A stretch of 64,000 bases of DNA, taken from Spirochaetia bacterium (lineage in GTDB: Bacteria; Spirochaetota; Spirochaetia; DSM-27196; Salinispiraceae). Below are positions 31,101 through 39,267 of this stretch, piece by piece. The translations under genes and the position numbers were made by a program. Numbering within the stretch: position 1 is the first letter of the stretch; each line of letters starts with the position of its first letter. The notes below the pieces were generated by a model that had not been told where the DNA came from, ran no database searches, and was given only the letters and a program-made list of their open reading frames with translations. The stretch lies in the NCBI GenBank assembly GCA_038204425.1, contig JBBRCZ010000010.1:46302-110301 (forward strand), in the 5' to 3' direction.

Positions 31101-31769
31101 ATCAAAGTTTTTGCGATAGCCTTGAGCACGGGCAGAAAGATTGGACTCGACATCCTGAATAAGCAGGTTCATTTTGTGGTAACGGTCAGCCGCGTCCTTG
31201 TCTAGCGTGTCGAGTCCAGACTCGAGACCGCCAAGTCGCTGCTTGAGACCTTCTACAATGTTTTCGCCCATAGCCTGCAGGCCAAGTTGGTTTTTGTCTT
31301 GGAATTCTTGCAAAAGATTAGGGACTCTGTCTTGCAGCTCCTGCAATTGCCCAGCAGCCTGCCGAATTTTGCGCCCAACTTTGTCGATATAGACTGACTC
31401 ATCGCGCAGCCTGCCAATGTTTTCTTCTGCCTTTTGAGTCATGGTCACCAGTTCACGCAAGGCCGTATCGTATGACTCAATACGTGTACTCAAGTCTTCC
31501 ATGCCACTGGACTTATTTGCGAGATTTTCTTCAGCAACGGCAAGACGCTCTATTGCCATCTTGCCAGCTTGTTGATGCACTTCTACATCAATTGCCATGT
31601 CTTTGAGTAAAACAACTTTTTCCTGGGTAATAGCGTCTAGGTCCGCCATTAGTTTGTCACCAAGCCGTTTTACTTTTTCCAACGACCGATTGTTTCGGTC
31701 AAGCTGGCGGTAAACTAACAAGATAACAAGCACTATGCCCGTCACAACGAGGTAATCAATTAAAACCAT
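25131..31769 (-). CDS. Giant spirochete coiled-coil protein (SpiroCoCo family), N-terminal TM and C-terminal HTH-like motif
   Basis: TM then YRQLDRNNRSLEKVKR; about 2200 aa heptad-rich; ends GWRIEEIARTTKLSRGEVELILE; ATG 31769 behind GAGAGGGG. Confidence 0.88.
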   Translation of the reverse strand: MVLIDYLVVTGIVLVILLVYRQLDRNNRSLEKVKRLGDKLMADLDAITQEKVVLLKDMAIDVEVHQQAGKMAIERLAVAEENLANKSSGMEDLSTRIESYDTALRELVTMTQKAEENIGRLRDESVYIDKVGRKIRQAAGQLQELQDRVPNLLQEFQDKNQLGLQAMGENIVEGLKQRLGGLESGLDTLDKDAADRYHKMNLLIQDVESNLSARAQGYRKNFDEVEHEFGQRLVATEAQYYQRLDTVAAKGAVMETEALRTLSASIQEGLDERYVQLRSIIDELGLKISAEEQAVEGEIVRLKDKTEAWERELQTTLQVAGQSLSDSLKKKDQEAAGELAGLSHFIKEAQDEIMLDLHQAQDQAKSRMEELQLMVRDLAGEARQLTEKELETFKGEVGQWQNQVLDYNSSLEEELRSHSREQDDRYEVQMRDLKNDADRHQTELENSLRSAVLLQEGLIKDFQGGAQSQLDRLEGHIYDAEKAIEEKLLEAQQRGSVLAETLLSRISNDVDTKTESMQEAINQRVDNVNASVKASHDQIDQSFNDMRGRVDGWIEASRDYMSSLESQVQTLNESSRKANLEHRETIEGYIVETRERLDAYEQHLSGRVRDLEGFITKAEDVVQDEFSRLRDHAAQLARTTTTDLDETYQRGRDEILTRSSAGFTQIREELGKGEDQLRIEYQRIVASIHDWEERANGRMNEVETLSISRADQAKFGFDQKIKGLEDLLDVRTGELKKEVSGLLEVQEKETQGLLAQSSEELRKLANQHDVINTQVEAQVRRTEELKTGSLAAFTNLRKDFEDGAIELKNMLDRSLVSTKNNIENDLKAAAQEFVKRKDSQTKELTDTAKVFSDELSFWKSGLERQIGELRGLAQGLHQDTLGEVQEQVVQVQKRANDLYDKIQNEVQVVLKDQESKVQGLLDSNENDLKRLIALGVETQGRIASWQDLVAKTERDIAGELEKVREMARAQTSNGFDDVLVELEKRKLQVTQELDESVIRLKSDISHSRSDVDQDVKFLNQQIEQWKTTFGEHLKNLQEQSKTIEEQAFEGLKERVAKLRDEAKALTRSVQDEFILATKDAQVQAGKQVEAYQTELKKVAGIRSEIEAQISDVSTELVKQRGKIKSDLDSQSAEALRLVNVFKEGFLKDTDEKHKAIFAQARQVWEHMGTELGTNKTSFDRELDLLQKQLEQQRGEVLERIKGLQADGASLRRDAMTGFQERVDALRDEARKMTGQVKTEVNQLLGEYQGEISKQLKESEDEYHRAQDMHATAQLRFQEIQEIFNRAELMAQNEFETLRDKTRTMADTTREGVQQELSRHRDDVMQQLRQNIENFAGDVGQARKDMQNQLGGLQSQFEHFSGDIKDRFAHVAAEGLRLQEEAIGVFRTDIEKIKAQSESITSTMNEQVLKSLEQQRHSITAIVAQGSDDISRGKQMNSETQELMSQLEQSVSQKVRELEEQIKRYASDTSSRIRQVSEEYQQGILGGVETRLKDYEKEISYRMEKIETVNDDIGNLEGNLRQSMERLTQKLKIDVDELGKGFRAKHDLDIQQAHKHLEAIGLKMIDVERDVDELKKRAYDNVTDGLKGFEDNFFADLKARSQRMENAIADWKGHVQGTLESISSKEQAERQMLEESYNNLIRTRLGELDAHIKGRLQKVGDEFDAFQESLRERLGSTEQELLNVQASVRDEVKGIQVSTIDAVQREFVRMNQDLENRIRTYEREVEARLQRNDQDYKNQSGDLTAMFETIRSDVTQWQSQVFNHMKASQGGLESELLTLKSYASTQLETIRTDFDKERNDLVAEGTAERANLKREVSDMAEKLANFHTDLEYKTRQVLDSLTRDYSSFQIDIQQQNRDLKEETETQILSFKQFASETRNEFETLQRRLFGKLDDDVKTVDVNLREIDKRVKSFVAQTKLFERADSLKDALADQIEKLRLDIQSVEEQRKTILDLDPYLTKVRKLAEEANEKIAKLTAEKRRLDSLDDDYKKLMSISNVVDQKMAQVTASNDTLTEIQLSMRHLEDVQKDVSAKYERLERKGDVLDATAEGIEKSFQQLRAIEGQIQGINGALNGLPQRVQDLGDRVANLSSHKKEADTALKSMVNLDKVLKDVEGRIEELNKSREWLARTETRLVEISQEADEKVNILSTLVKQDLANDSAKQSILAGGPSQSVRDVVIKLSQQGWRIEEIARTTKLSRGEVELILEMGGTRT

Positions 31770-31838
31770 AAGTCCCCTCTCCCAGGTTCCTATGGCGTTC
31801 AGTATATACACTTACAAGGAATTTTTGAACATACTATT

Positions 31839-32495
31839 TTAGAAATTCTTTAGAACAAATGCTTTAAAAACGTCATAAGAGCGAAATTGTAAGTCAATTT
31901 GAGGTGATTTATGTTTTTTTTGACCCAAATAGGCCAATCCCATACCAAGCTCAGAAGCTCCCTCTATGTCGTAGTGCCATGAGTTTCCTACGTACAAAAC
32001 CTCTTCGGGTTTGCAAGAAAGGCTTTCTGCAAGCATTAAAAAGGCCTTCTTACCAGGCTTAAGCTGGCCGCATTCCTCGCTGCAAATTGCGCAATCAAAC
32101 AGATCATCCACGCCTAAGAGTTTAAGCTTATTGCGGACTGGGAAATCAGAAAGCACGCCAGTCTTGATGCCTCGAGAACGGATAGTCTCTATACAATCTC
32201 TGACACCATGAAAGAGAGGAATACCACGCAGGATATTTTCCCAGTTGGTATAGACAATAGTTTCTATTTTGTTTTTGGCATCCAGAAACTCTATATCTAA
32301 CTTTGATGCCAAGACCTCAGCCTGCTGCCTATAGAAGTCTTCTACACTGTCTTGTTTTCTGAGTTCGATGCGAGTTTGATTAAAGGCCTTCAAAAAATTA
32401 AAGTTTTTCAGCCCCCACCACAATGAGCGACGGTACATGGTGGCATTGGGATACAAGGTTCCGTCTACATCAAAACCAATAGCTTTCCATTGCAT
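31839..32495 (-). CDS. HAD-family hydrolase
   Basis: FDVDGTL motif I, LSDF, KP, YVGNS..YDI.GA. Confidence 0.92.
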   Translation of the reverse strand: MQWKAIGFDVDGTLYPNATMYRRSLWWGLKNFNFLKAFNQTRIELRKQDSVEDFYRQQAEVLASKLDIEFLDAKNKIETIVYTNWENILRGIPLFHGVRDCIETIRSRGIKTGVLSDFPVRNKLKLLGVDDLFDCAICSEECGQLKPGKKAFLMLAESLSCKPEEVLYVGNSWHYDIEGASELGMGLAYLGQKKHKSPQIDLQFRSYDVFKAFVLKNF

Positions 32496-32508
32496 GACGC
32501 GTATTCTA

Positions 32509-33894
32509 TCATTTTATTGCGGGGGCGAGAAAGTCCTGCGCGGCCTTGATTTTGACCAAAAAAGCTTTTTCAAGCGGATATCTTTTTATCAATGACGCAG
32601 TTGAGGTCTCAAAGTTGCGTTCGAATACTACCGTCCTAAACTCTCCCTGCTTATCTATATAAGGAAACAGCACGGCAATATGATAGTACTGCCAGAGTCG
32701 TGGGCTGCTACCCCATTCGCCATTTATGGCAGCCAAATAGAAGTTCCCCGGCTCTTTGAGTGCCAAGAGATACATGGCAGCCTCAATGTCACTTATTTCA
32801 TAACCTTTGTTTTGCACGAACTCCAAAAAAGGAATATTGTTAACGTCTCTGTCTAACATACTGAGCGATTTTTGGCCGGTCCTAGCTTGATGTAGATTTA
32901 CGCCTATGCTTCTAATCCAGTCCAAACCAAAAAAAGGATCACGGCTAATTTCATAAGCTCGGGTCAAACTGTTACCACGAAGTTCTAAGTGGCGATCTTT
33001 GAGCTCATCTATCTTGAGGTAACCGGGTTCGGTGACCTGCTGGTCATCAACGGATCTATTTTTGTTGAGATTGATTGCACTATTTTTATTGAGAAAGACA
33101 TAGAGGCCATCGGCAATCCACTTGGCAAAACCAGAACAATTGAGCCCCATTGGCCCACCGATTGGAAAACTTGAAATAGTAGTAAGGTTACCAAACTCAT
33201 CTTGGGCGCCATCCTCGCCGTCTGGAAGACCCGGTAAGGCTTGCCTTATACGAGAAATCATGGACTCAATTGCTGTAAAATAGCCGTTGTCGGGAACATC
33301 TAGCAAAAGTTGCCAAGAGATGCGTCCTTTGGTTTGGGTCAGAATTTCGGCTATGGATTTGAAGGACAACTGTTCTATAGAAACAGGTAGAGAAATGCGG
33401 CGATAAGCAGGATTGGCAATACCGGCAACGAGCACTGATAGTTCACTATGTCCTCCGCGCGGCGAGATGATTGCGTAAATTTGAGGGCTTTGCCTTAGGC
33501 TCAGTTGAAGCTGGTCAATCGCTCCAGTGCTCAGTTGGCGTTTGATCAAAATCGATCCAGGGTTTTCGGGCTTAAATGTACCTGAGCGCACACTAAGAAA
33601 GTTTAAGATGAGGTGAGTTTTTGTTTTTGATACGTTAAAACGAAGCGCTGCACGTCCTAGTTGGGCAGGAAAATCCTTGCTACTACTGGGCGCTATTTCA
33701 CGCACTGGATCGGCAAAAAATTTCTGCAGTTCCCTTCGCGCGTAACTATTGTCAGAAAACTGCGACAAATAGGCGTCGTCGCCGTAGGCACTTAGCTCAG
33801 GTGGTGTTAGAAAAAAAGTGCATCCAATAAAACCAACTAGTAGCAGACGAGCACTAAGAATCTTGGTCATCAAAGAGTCGGCGCGAAAATTCAA
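32509..33894 (-). CDS. Secreted conserved hypothetical protein, possible NlpC/P60-like Cys peptidase
   Basis: Signal peptide; GLNCSGFAKWI and YYHIAVL motifs. Confidence 0.7.
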   Translation of the reverse strand: MNFRADSLMTKILSARLLLVGFIGCTFFLTPPELSAYGDDAYLSQFSDNSYARRELQKFFADPVREIAPSSSKDFPAQLGRAALRFNVSKTKTHLILNFLSVRSGTFKPENPGSILIKRQLSTGAIDQLQLSLRQSPQIYAIISPRGGHSELSVLVAGIANPAYRRISLPVSIEQLSFKSIAEILTQTKGRISWQLLLDVPDNGYFTAIESMISRIRQALPGLPDGEDGAQDEFGNLTTISSFPIGGPMGLNCSGFAKWIADGLYVFLNKNSAINLNKNRSVDDQQVTEPGYLKIDELKDRHLELRGNSLTRAYEISRDPFFGLDWIRSIGVNLHQARTGQKSLSMLDRDVNNIPFLEFVQNKGYEISDIEAAMYLLALKEPGNFYLAAINGEWGSSPRLWQYYHIAVLFPYIDKQGEFRTVVFERNFETSTASLIKRYPLEKAFLVKIKAAQDFLAPAIK

Positions 33895-35071
33895 TTGAGC
33901 CCCCTATGCGCTGCTGAAACTGCTCACAAGTTAAAGCAATTCTTGGCGTCACTTCAAAAGTGCGTGTACTCAAAGTCCTTGAAAGCCAAGACCGAGAACG
34001 CATCTCAATCGCTTTGCTATAAGTCTGATGGTCTAAACGGCAATGCCTTCCGGCCGGTCCCCACTCCAGACTGTTTTTATAGTACTTGACGGCACGGGCG
34101 TTGGCCAAGCACTCATTAGCAAGCTTCTGAGTCACAGCGCTTTTATTATCGACCAAGTGTGGCACTTCTTCGACCATAGTTTGGTAGCCTTGCTTGGAAA
34201 AATTGCTTTTGCTAGAAATAAACAATTCACCATTCCAGTTACAGTCTTTTTGTTCGTTTAGCCCATAAGCCGCCACTGATTCGCCTGACTCAAGCCCAAG
34301 GCGGCAAACTTCTCCCTGGATGAGTGGATTCTCGAGTGGCAAAAAATAGAGGTTGGCTTGGGCGGCAGCGGCCTTTCTCCAAAGGGATCCAGCCCGTCTT
34401 AGCGAAAGCATAGGCAAAAAATCAAATTTGATAGCCTTGTCAAGAAAACATTTAGCAAGTTCTGCTTGTACTTGATCGTAAATTATAGTCTCAAAATCGA
34501 CTAGTAACCACCTAAAATCTTCAAATTTCTGCAGTTCCAATTGTTTGACTATAAAACTTGCCCATCGTAGAACAGAATGCCCGGCAATTGGACTTGTAGC
34601 CTCAAGCAAACTTTTTGCCTCAGCAATAGATAGAAAACTGACAACCCAGAGCTTCTTACCGATTTCGTCTGCCCGATACAAACCCTGCTGCGCGGTTGTC
34701 AGTGCAGTGCTCAAACTTGGCAAAGCAAGCAGTTTTTTGAGACTTCTACGCATATTAAGTCGTGTCTCAAAAAGCCTTTTTCGAAGACCCAAGAATGTTG
34801 AACTAAGCTGCAAGTCATCGATGGCAGGGGCCAGTTTTGAAAGATCAAACTGACCTTCTGCAAAAGCAGCTTGCCTAGAAAGCCGCTTGAGTTGATAACA
34901 CCAATACAGCTCTTTAAGTCCATAGCGCGCGTCAGCACCTTTACTTTGTAAGGCCGCCAAGCCGGGTACCATAGTCTCCCATCTGGCAAATTGCTCGGGA
35001 CTTAGGTCAAGCAGTTCCAAAAGCTCTACCAGAGCAAGCTCAAAAACCTGCTTGTCGATTGCCTCGCTCAT
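33854..35071 (-). CDS. Hypothetical protein
   Basis: Long ORF whose ATG overlaps the der stop (ATGA); no motif recognised. Confidence 0.65.
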   Translation of the reverse strand: MSEAIDKQVFELALVELLELLDLSPEQFARWETMVPGLAALQSKGADARYGLKELYWCYQLKRLSRQAAFAEGQFDLSKLAPAIDDLQLSSTFLGLRKRLFETRLNMRRSLKKLLALPSLSTALTTAQQGLYRADEIGKKLWVVSFLSIAEAKSLLEATSPIAGHSVLRWASFIVKQLELQKFEDFRWLLVDFETIIYDQVQAELAKCFLDKAIKFDFLPMLSLRRAGSLWRKAAAAQANLYFLPLENPLIQGEVCRLGLESGESVAAYGLNEQKDCNWNGELFISSKSNFSKQGYQTMVEEVPHLVDNKSAVTQKLANECLANARAVKYYKNSLEWGPAGRHCRLDHQTYSKAIEMRSRSWLSRTLSTRTFEVTPRIALTCEQFQQRIGGSIEFSRRLFDDQDS

Positions 35072-36618
35072 CGCGCTCGCAAATGGACCCGAAATGGCAC
35101 TTCTGATAGACCACATTCTGTACGGAGGCGGTTGGTGATGAATCCGAGATAGCTCTCGGGAAAGCCATCAACACGATTTACAAAAATTACAAACTCAAGA
35201 GGATGGACCGAGGTTTGCGTTATATAACGCATTTTCCAGCGCAATGCGCCTTTGCTAGTCGGTGGCGGTGTAGTTTCTAGCCAATGAGTCAGTCGACTAT
35301 TAAGTTGGCCGGTGTCCATTCGGGTCAGCAGCTGTTGATGCAACGACACCGCTTTGGCCAATAGCTCATTGATACCTTGAGCATTGAGTGCAGAAATTGC
35401 CATCACTGGCGCAAAAGATAGAACAGGAAATAAATACCGCACCCGGTCAGTTACAGCAGCAAACTGGTTTGGCAGATTGGGCAAGAGATCCCACTTGTTC
35501 AGAACGAGAATACAGGCTCTACCATGGTTGATAATCTGCTGTGCAATTTTTTTATCTTGATCAACCAAGCCCTTTTCTGCATCCATCATTAAAAAAACCA
35601 CATCAGCTTCTTCTATACTTGCAATAGCTCGATTGACAGAATAGTATTCAAGATCCTCGTGAACTCTCGCCTTTCTACGGATACCGGCCGTATCAAGAAT
35701 ACGAAAAACCTTGTCTTTGTAAGAAAAACTACCCTCAATTACGTCCCTTGTCGTGCCGGCAACAGGCGACACAATTGACATATCAGAGTTGGTTAAAAGA
35801 TTAACCAGCGTTGACTTACCGGTATTGGGTTGACCAAGAATAGCGATGCTAAGGTCCCAAGAGCTGGCACGCTCGCGCCCGCGCAGAAGGACTGGACGCG
35901 AAGCTTTAAGCTCGTTGTCATGGGGAACCTGTCCATTTTCGTCTGCTTCTTGCTGGCTGCCATCGTCCACTAGGTCATCTGCGTCATCTTGAGCGACCGG
36001 GCCAGAGGATTGGTCATCGGATTGTTCTTGCGGGTCATTGGGCTCATCAGGGTAAAGCTCGGTCAAATAAACACTGTCATCTCTAACTATCGCGAGCACG
36101 GTAAGGATTTCTTCTCGCAGTTCCTCAAAGCCATAACCGTGGGTGGCCGAAACGCCTAAAACGCGAGAAAAGCCGAGTTTGTGAAAATTCCAAACTTCTT
36201 GGTCTCTCTTTTCGTTATCGACTTTGTTGACTGCTACGATAAGTCGCTCAGAAAAGCCTCTCAGCCTCTTTATAAACATTTCGTCATCTGAGGTTATGCC
36301 CTCGACAACATCGAGAACCAAAATTAGCACGTCGGCATCTTGAGCTGCCGAAAAGCTGCGCGAAGTTATGAGTTGATCAAGGTAGTTGCGTGATTCGGTT
36401 AGGCCGCCCGTATCGACAAGTACAAGGTCGTGACCATTGCATTGCCACAAAGATCTAACTGGATCCCGTGTAACTCCTGCTGTGGGGTCAGTAATCGACT
36501 TTCTTTTGCCAAGCAATCGGTTAAAAAGCGTCGACTTGCCAACATTTGGACGCCCTATCACGCATATTTTGGGTATGGTGGGGTTATAATAGGGCGTATT
36601 AGTAGTAATTGATTTCAA
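35068..36618 (-). CDS. der: Ribosome biogenesis GTPase Der (EngA)
   Basis: Two G domains (GRPNVGKST/DTGG/NKVD and GQPNTGKST/DTAG/NKWD) plus KH-like C-terminus; TTG 36618 behind GGAGG. Confidence 0.97.
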   Translation of the reverse strand: MKSITTNTPYYNPTIPKICVIGRPNVGKSTLFNRLLGKRKSITDPTAGVTRDPVRSLWQCNGHDLVLVDTGGLTESRNYLDQLITSRSFSAAQDADVLILVLDVVEGITSDDEMFIKRLRGFSERLIVAVNKVDNEKRDQEVWNFHKLGFSRVLGVSATHGYGFEELREEILTVLAIVRDDSVYLTELYPDEPNDPQEQSDDQSSGPVAQDDADDLVDDGSQQEADENGQVPHDNELKASRPVLLRGRERASSWDLSIAILGQPNTGKSTLVNLLTNSDMSIVSPVAGTTRDVIEGSFSYKDKVFRILDTAGIRRKARVHEDLEYYSVNRAIASIEEADVVFLMMDAEKGLVDQDKKIAQQIINHGRACILVLNKWDLLPNLPNQFAAVTDRVRYLFPVLSFAPVMAISALNAQGINELLAKAVSLHQQLLTRMDTGQLNSRLTHWLETTPPPTSKGALRWKMRYITQTSVHPLEFVIFVNRVDGFPESYLGFITNRLRTECGLSEVPFRVHLRAR

Positions 36619-38356
36619 ATCGTTCCTCCATGACCGACTTAACAAAGGCGCCGATCTCAGAGGCCGTAGACATATCCATTATTGTAGCAATAACTTCTTC
36701 TGCTTCGGTAATACTCGTGGATCGGATGATCCGTTTTACTTCCGGTATTCCGAAAGAACTCATACTGAACTCATCAAGCCCCAATCCGAGCAAAACTAGG
36801 GCATACAATGGATCGCCCGCCATTTCCCCACACATGCTTACAGACAAACCAGCCTTGTGAGCATCGTCAATAATGCGCTTGGTCAGTCTAATTAAGGCGG
36901 GATGAAGCGGTTCGTAGAGATAAGCAACATGTTCGTTGCCACGGTCAACAGCGAGAGTATACTGGATTAGGTCATTGGTTCCAATAGAAAAGAAGGCAGA
37001 TTTTTTGGCAAGAATGTCAACTGTTAAGGCTGCCGACGGAACTTCGATCATAATTCCGACCGGGACGTCTTCATTAAAGGGTTTTCGTTGTTTACGCAGA
37101 TCTGCTTTAACTTGTTCAAGAATCTCAAGTGCTTGTTTTAGCTCCTGTATTCCAGAAATAAGCGGGAACATTATTTTTAGATTTCCGTAGACCGATGCTC
37201 TCAAAATTGCTCTCAGTTGGGTACAAAATAATTCGGTCTGGCTCAAACAAAATCGTATAGCTCGCCACCCGAGAATGGGGTTTTTCTCACCGACACCTGG
37301 ATTGTTTTCGGCCCTTGCGCCTCTAAACAACTTGTCTCCACCTATGTCCAAGGTTCTAATGGTCACCGGCAATTTTCCCATCGCTTTGAGCACGCGAGAA
37401 TAGGCCTCAAACTGCTCTTCTTCATTGGGCAGGCTGGCAGAGCGCAAGAACAAGAACTCAGATCTAAACAGACCAACGCCGTCGGCACCGTGAGACAAGA
37501 CGGCATCAACTTCTTCGGGTATTTCTATATTACCAAGCAGCTTGATAAGCTTGCCGTCTTTTGTTTCTGCACTTAGGTCATTGAGGCGCAGAAGCTGAAC
37601 TTCGCGCTTTTGGTGAGTTTTTTGTAGGCTTGTATAGAATGCAATGGTGGCATCGTCTGGCTCGAGGATAACCTTTCCTTTGTTGCCATCGATTATTAAC
37701 ATGGTGCCGTTTTGAATCTGCGAACTAAGTTCGTTGAGGCCCAGAACTGCCGGGATTTCAAACGCGCGCGCCAAGATGGCGGTGTGTGAGGTCTTACCTC
37801 CAGCATCCATGGCGATACCCTTAACTTTAATTTTGTCCATGCTAATGGCATCACTAGGCATCAAGTCTTTACACACCAAGAGAATATCGCTCTCGAGCTG
37901 CGCAATCGACTTTCGCTGCACGTGCAAGAGTTGATTGAGGACTCTTTTTCCAACATCGTGAAAATCAGCGGTGCGCTCTCGCAGGTATTCGTCTTTGACC
38001 AGCTTTAACTTGCCAATTAAGTCCTGCATAATAGTAGAAAGTACCGATTCTACGTTTAGCAAAGACTCGCGGATACCTTTTTCTATTTTTTCTGCAAAAT
38101 CTGGGTCTGAAAGCATCAAGAGGTGGGTATCAAGCATATTGACTTCATCTGCACGCAATTCCTTAAAGGCACTTTCCTTTAGTTGTTCTATCTCCGCTAT
38201 TGCGCGCTCAACAGCTAAACGAAAACGTTGATATTCCGACGAAGCTTGATGCTTCTCTATGGCGTAAGAGGGAAACTTTGTGAGTTCTTCAATGTGGAGG
38301 TAGGATTTTCCTATTGCAATCCCCGGCGAGGCCGAGATACCCGAAAATGTTTTCAT
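36599..38356 (-). CDS. ptsP: Phosphoenolpyruvate-protein phosphotransferase (PTS enzyme I)
   Basis: GGKTSHTAILARA, GVGLFRSEFLF, EKNPILGWRAIR, SIGTNDLIQY, MCGEMAG. Confidence 0.98.
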   Translation of the reverse strand: MKTFSGISASPGIAIGKSYLHIEELTKFPSYAIEKHQASSEYQRFRLAVERAIAEIEQLKESAFKELRADEVNMLDTHLLMLSDPDFAEKIEKGIRESLLNVESVLSTIMQDLIGKLKLVKDEYLRERTADFHDVGKRVLNQLLHVQRKSIAQLESDILLVCKDLMPSDAISMDKIKVKGIAMDAGGKTSHTAILARAFEIPAVLGLNELSSQIQNGTMLIIDGNKGKVILEPDDATIAFYTSLQKTHQKREVQLLRLNDLSAETKDGKLIKLLGNIEIPEEVDAVLSHGADGVGLFRSEFLFLRSASLPNEEEQFEAYSRVLKAMGKLPVTIRTLDIGGDKLFRGARAENNPGVGEKNPILGWRAIRFCLSQTELFCTQLRAILRASVYGNLKIMFPLISGIQELKQALEILEQVKADLRKQRKPFNEDVPVGIMIEVPSAALTVDILAKKSAFFSIGTNDLIQYTLAVDRGNEHVAYLYEPLHPALIRLTKRIIDDAHKAGLSVSMCGEMAGDPLYALVLLGLGLDEFSMSSFGIPEVKRIIRSTSITEAEEVIATIMDMSTASEIGAFVKSVMEERFEINYY

Positions 38357-38364
38357 TGTCTCCC

Positions 38365-38393
38365 ATGATAGTAACACATTTCCATACTGTCAA
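38365..38393 (-). promoter_or_regulatory. Sigma70 promoter of ptsP-der operon
   Basis: TTGACA-N17-TATCAT, 8 nt before the ATG. Confidence 0.75.
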
Positions 38394-38422
38394 ACCAAAA
38401 CGTATATGGCACGGTAAGTGCC

Positions 38423-38450
38423 TAAAAAAAACAGCACTATGTGCCGATGT
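38423..38450 (+). promoter_or_regulatory. Sigma28-like promoter of the GerMN gene
   Basis: TAAA-N16-GCCGATGT, 7 nt before ATG 38458. Confidence 0.5.
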
Positions 38451-38457
38451 TAATAGC

Positions 38458-39267
38458 ATGCCACCACGAAGAGTCACTAGAACAAGAACACGAAGCAATC
38501 CAACCAACACAGGGGCCGGGAGCAACAAAGCAAGTCCAAGCGGGAGTTCAAAGACCTTCTTATTTTTGGTGCTTGCCATTATTATTCTGATAGTTCTTGC
38601 GATGGTCCTTAGAGAACCCCTGGGGCTTCGCTTGGCCAATGGTACTAGTTCTACAATTGCATTTACTACTAGCAGCCTGCGAACAGTCACAACTAGTCCC
38701 GCAAAAAATATGATTGTTGATGGTGGCAGCAACCCAGCTACACAAACCTCAACTACGCAGAACGCAGATAGTAATCAAAATCTAAAAACCACTAGCACTG
38801 TTAGGTCCAATAACAGTATCAGCACAAGCGTTGCGGCCAAACAACTAAAAAAATTGTCTATTTACATGGTTAATGTCTCAAGTGATGGTCGAATGTCATT
38901 GGAAAATGTCAGTCGGAGTGTCGATTTTGGTGAGAGCCCGCTTACGGCGAGCATCCAAACCCTACTCAAAGGTCCTAGTGGCCAAGAAATAAGTTCCGGT
39001 TTGGTCAGCATGGTACCAGTAGGAACAAGACTCTTATCTGCTTGGGTTAGCAACGACGTGGCCTTTTTAAACTTTAACGAAAACTTTATGTTTAATCCCC
39101 TGGGTACTACCGGCTTGGCTATACAATTACGCCAGATAGTCTTTGTTGCCACTGAGTTTCCAACAGTTAAGAAAGTACAAATCCTGATCGATGGAAAGAA
39201 GACTGACTATCTTGGTGGTGACAACGTTTTTGTGGGTAAACCTCTTGGAAGAGCAGATTTTAGATAA
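38458..39267 (+). CDS. GerMN-domain membrane protein
   Basis: Basic N-terminus, single TM, S/T/N-rich linker; LLKGPS..VP.GTRLLS..AFLNF..QIVF.ATEFPTVKKVQILIDG. Confidence 0.88.
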   Translation: MPPRRVTRTRTRSNPTNTGAGSNKASPSGSSKTFLFLVLAIIILIVLAMVLREPLGLRLANGTSSTIAFTTSSLRTVTTSPAKNMIVDGGSNPATQTSTTQNADSNQNLKTTSTVRSNNSISTSVAAKQLKKLSIYMVNVSSDGRMSLENVSRSVDFGESPLTASIQTLLKGPSGQEISSGLVSMVPVGTRLLSAWVSNDVAFLNFNENFMFNPLGTTGLAIQLRQIVFVATEFPTVKKVQILIDGKKTDYLGGDNVFVGKPLGRADFR

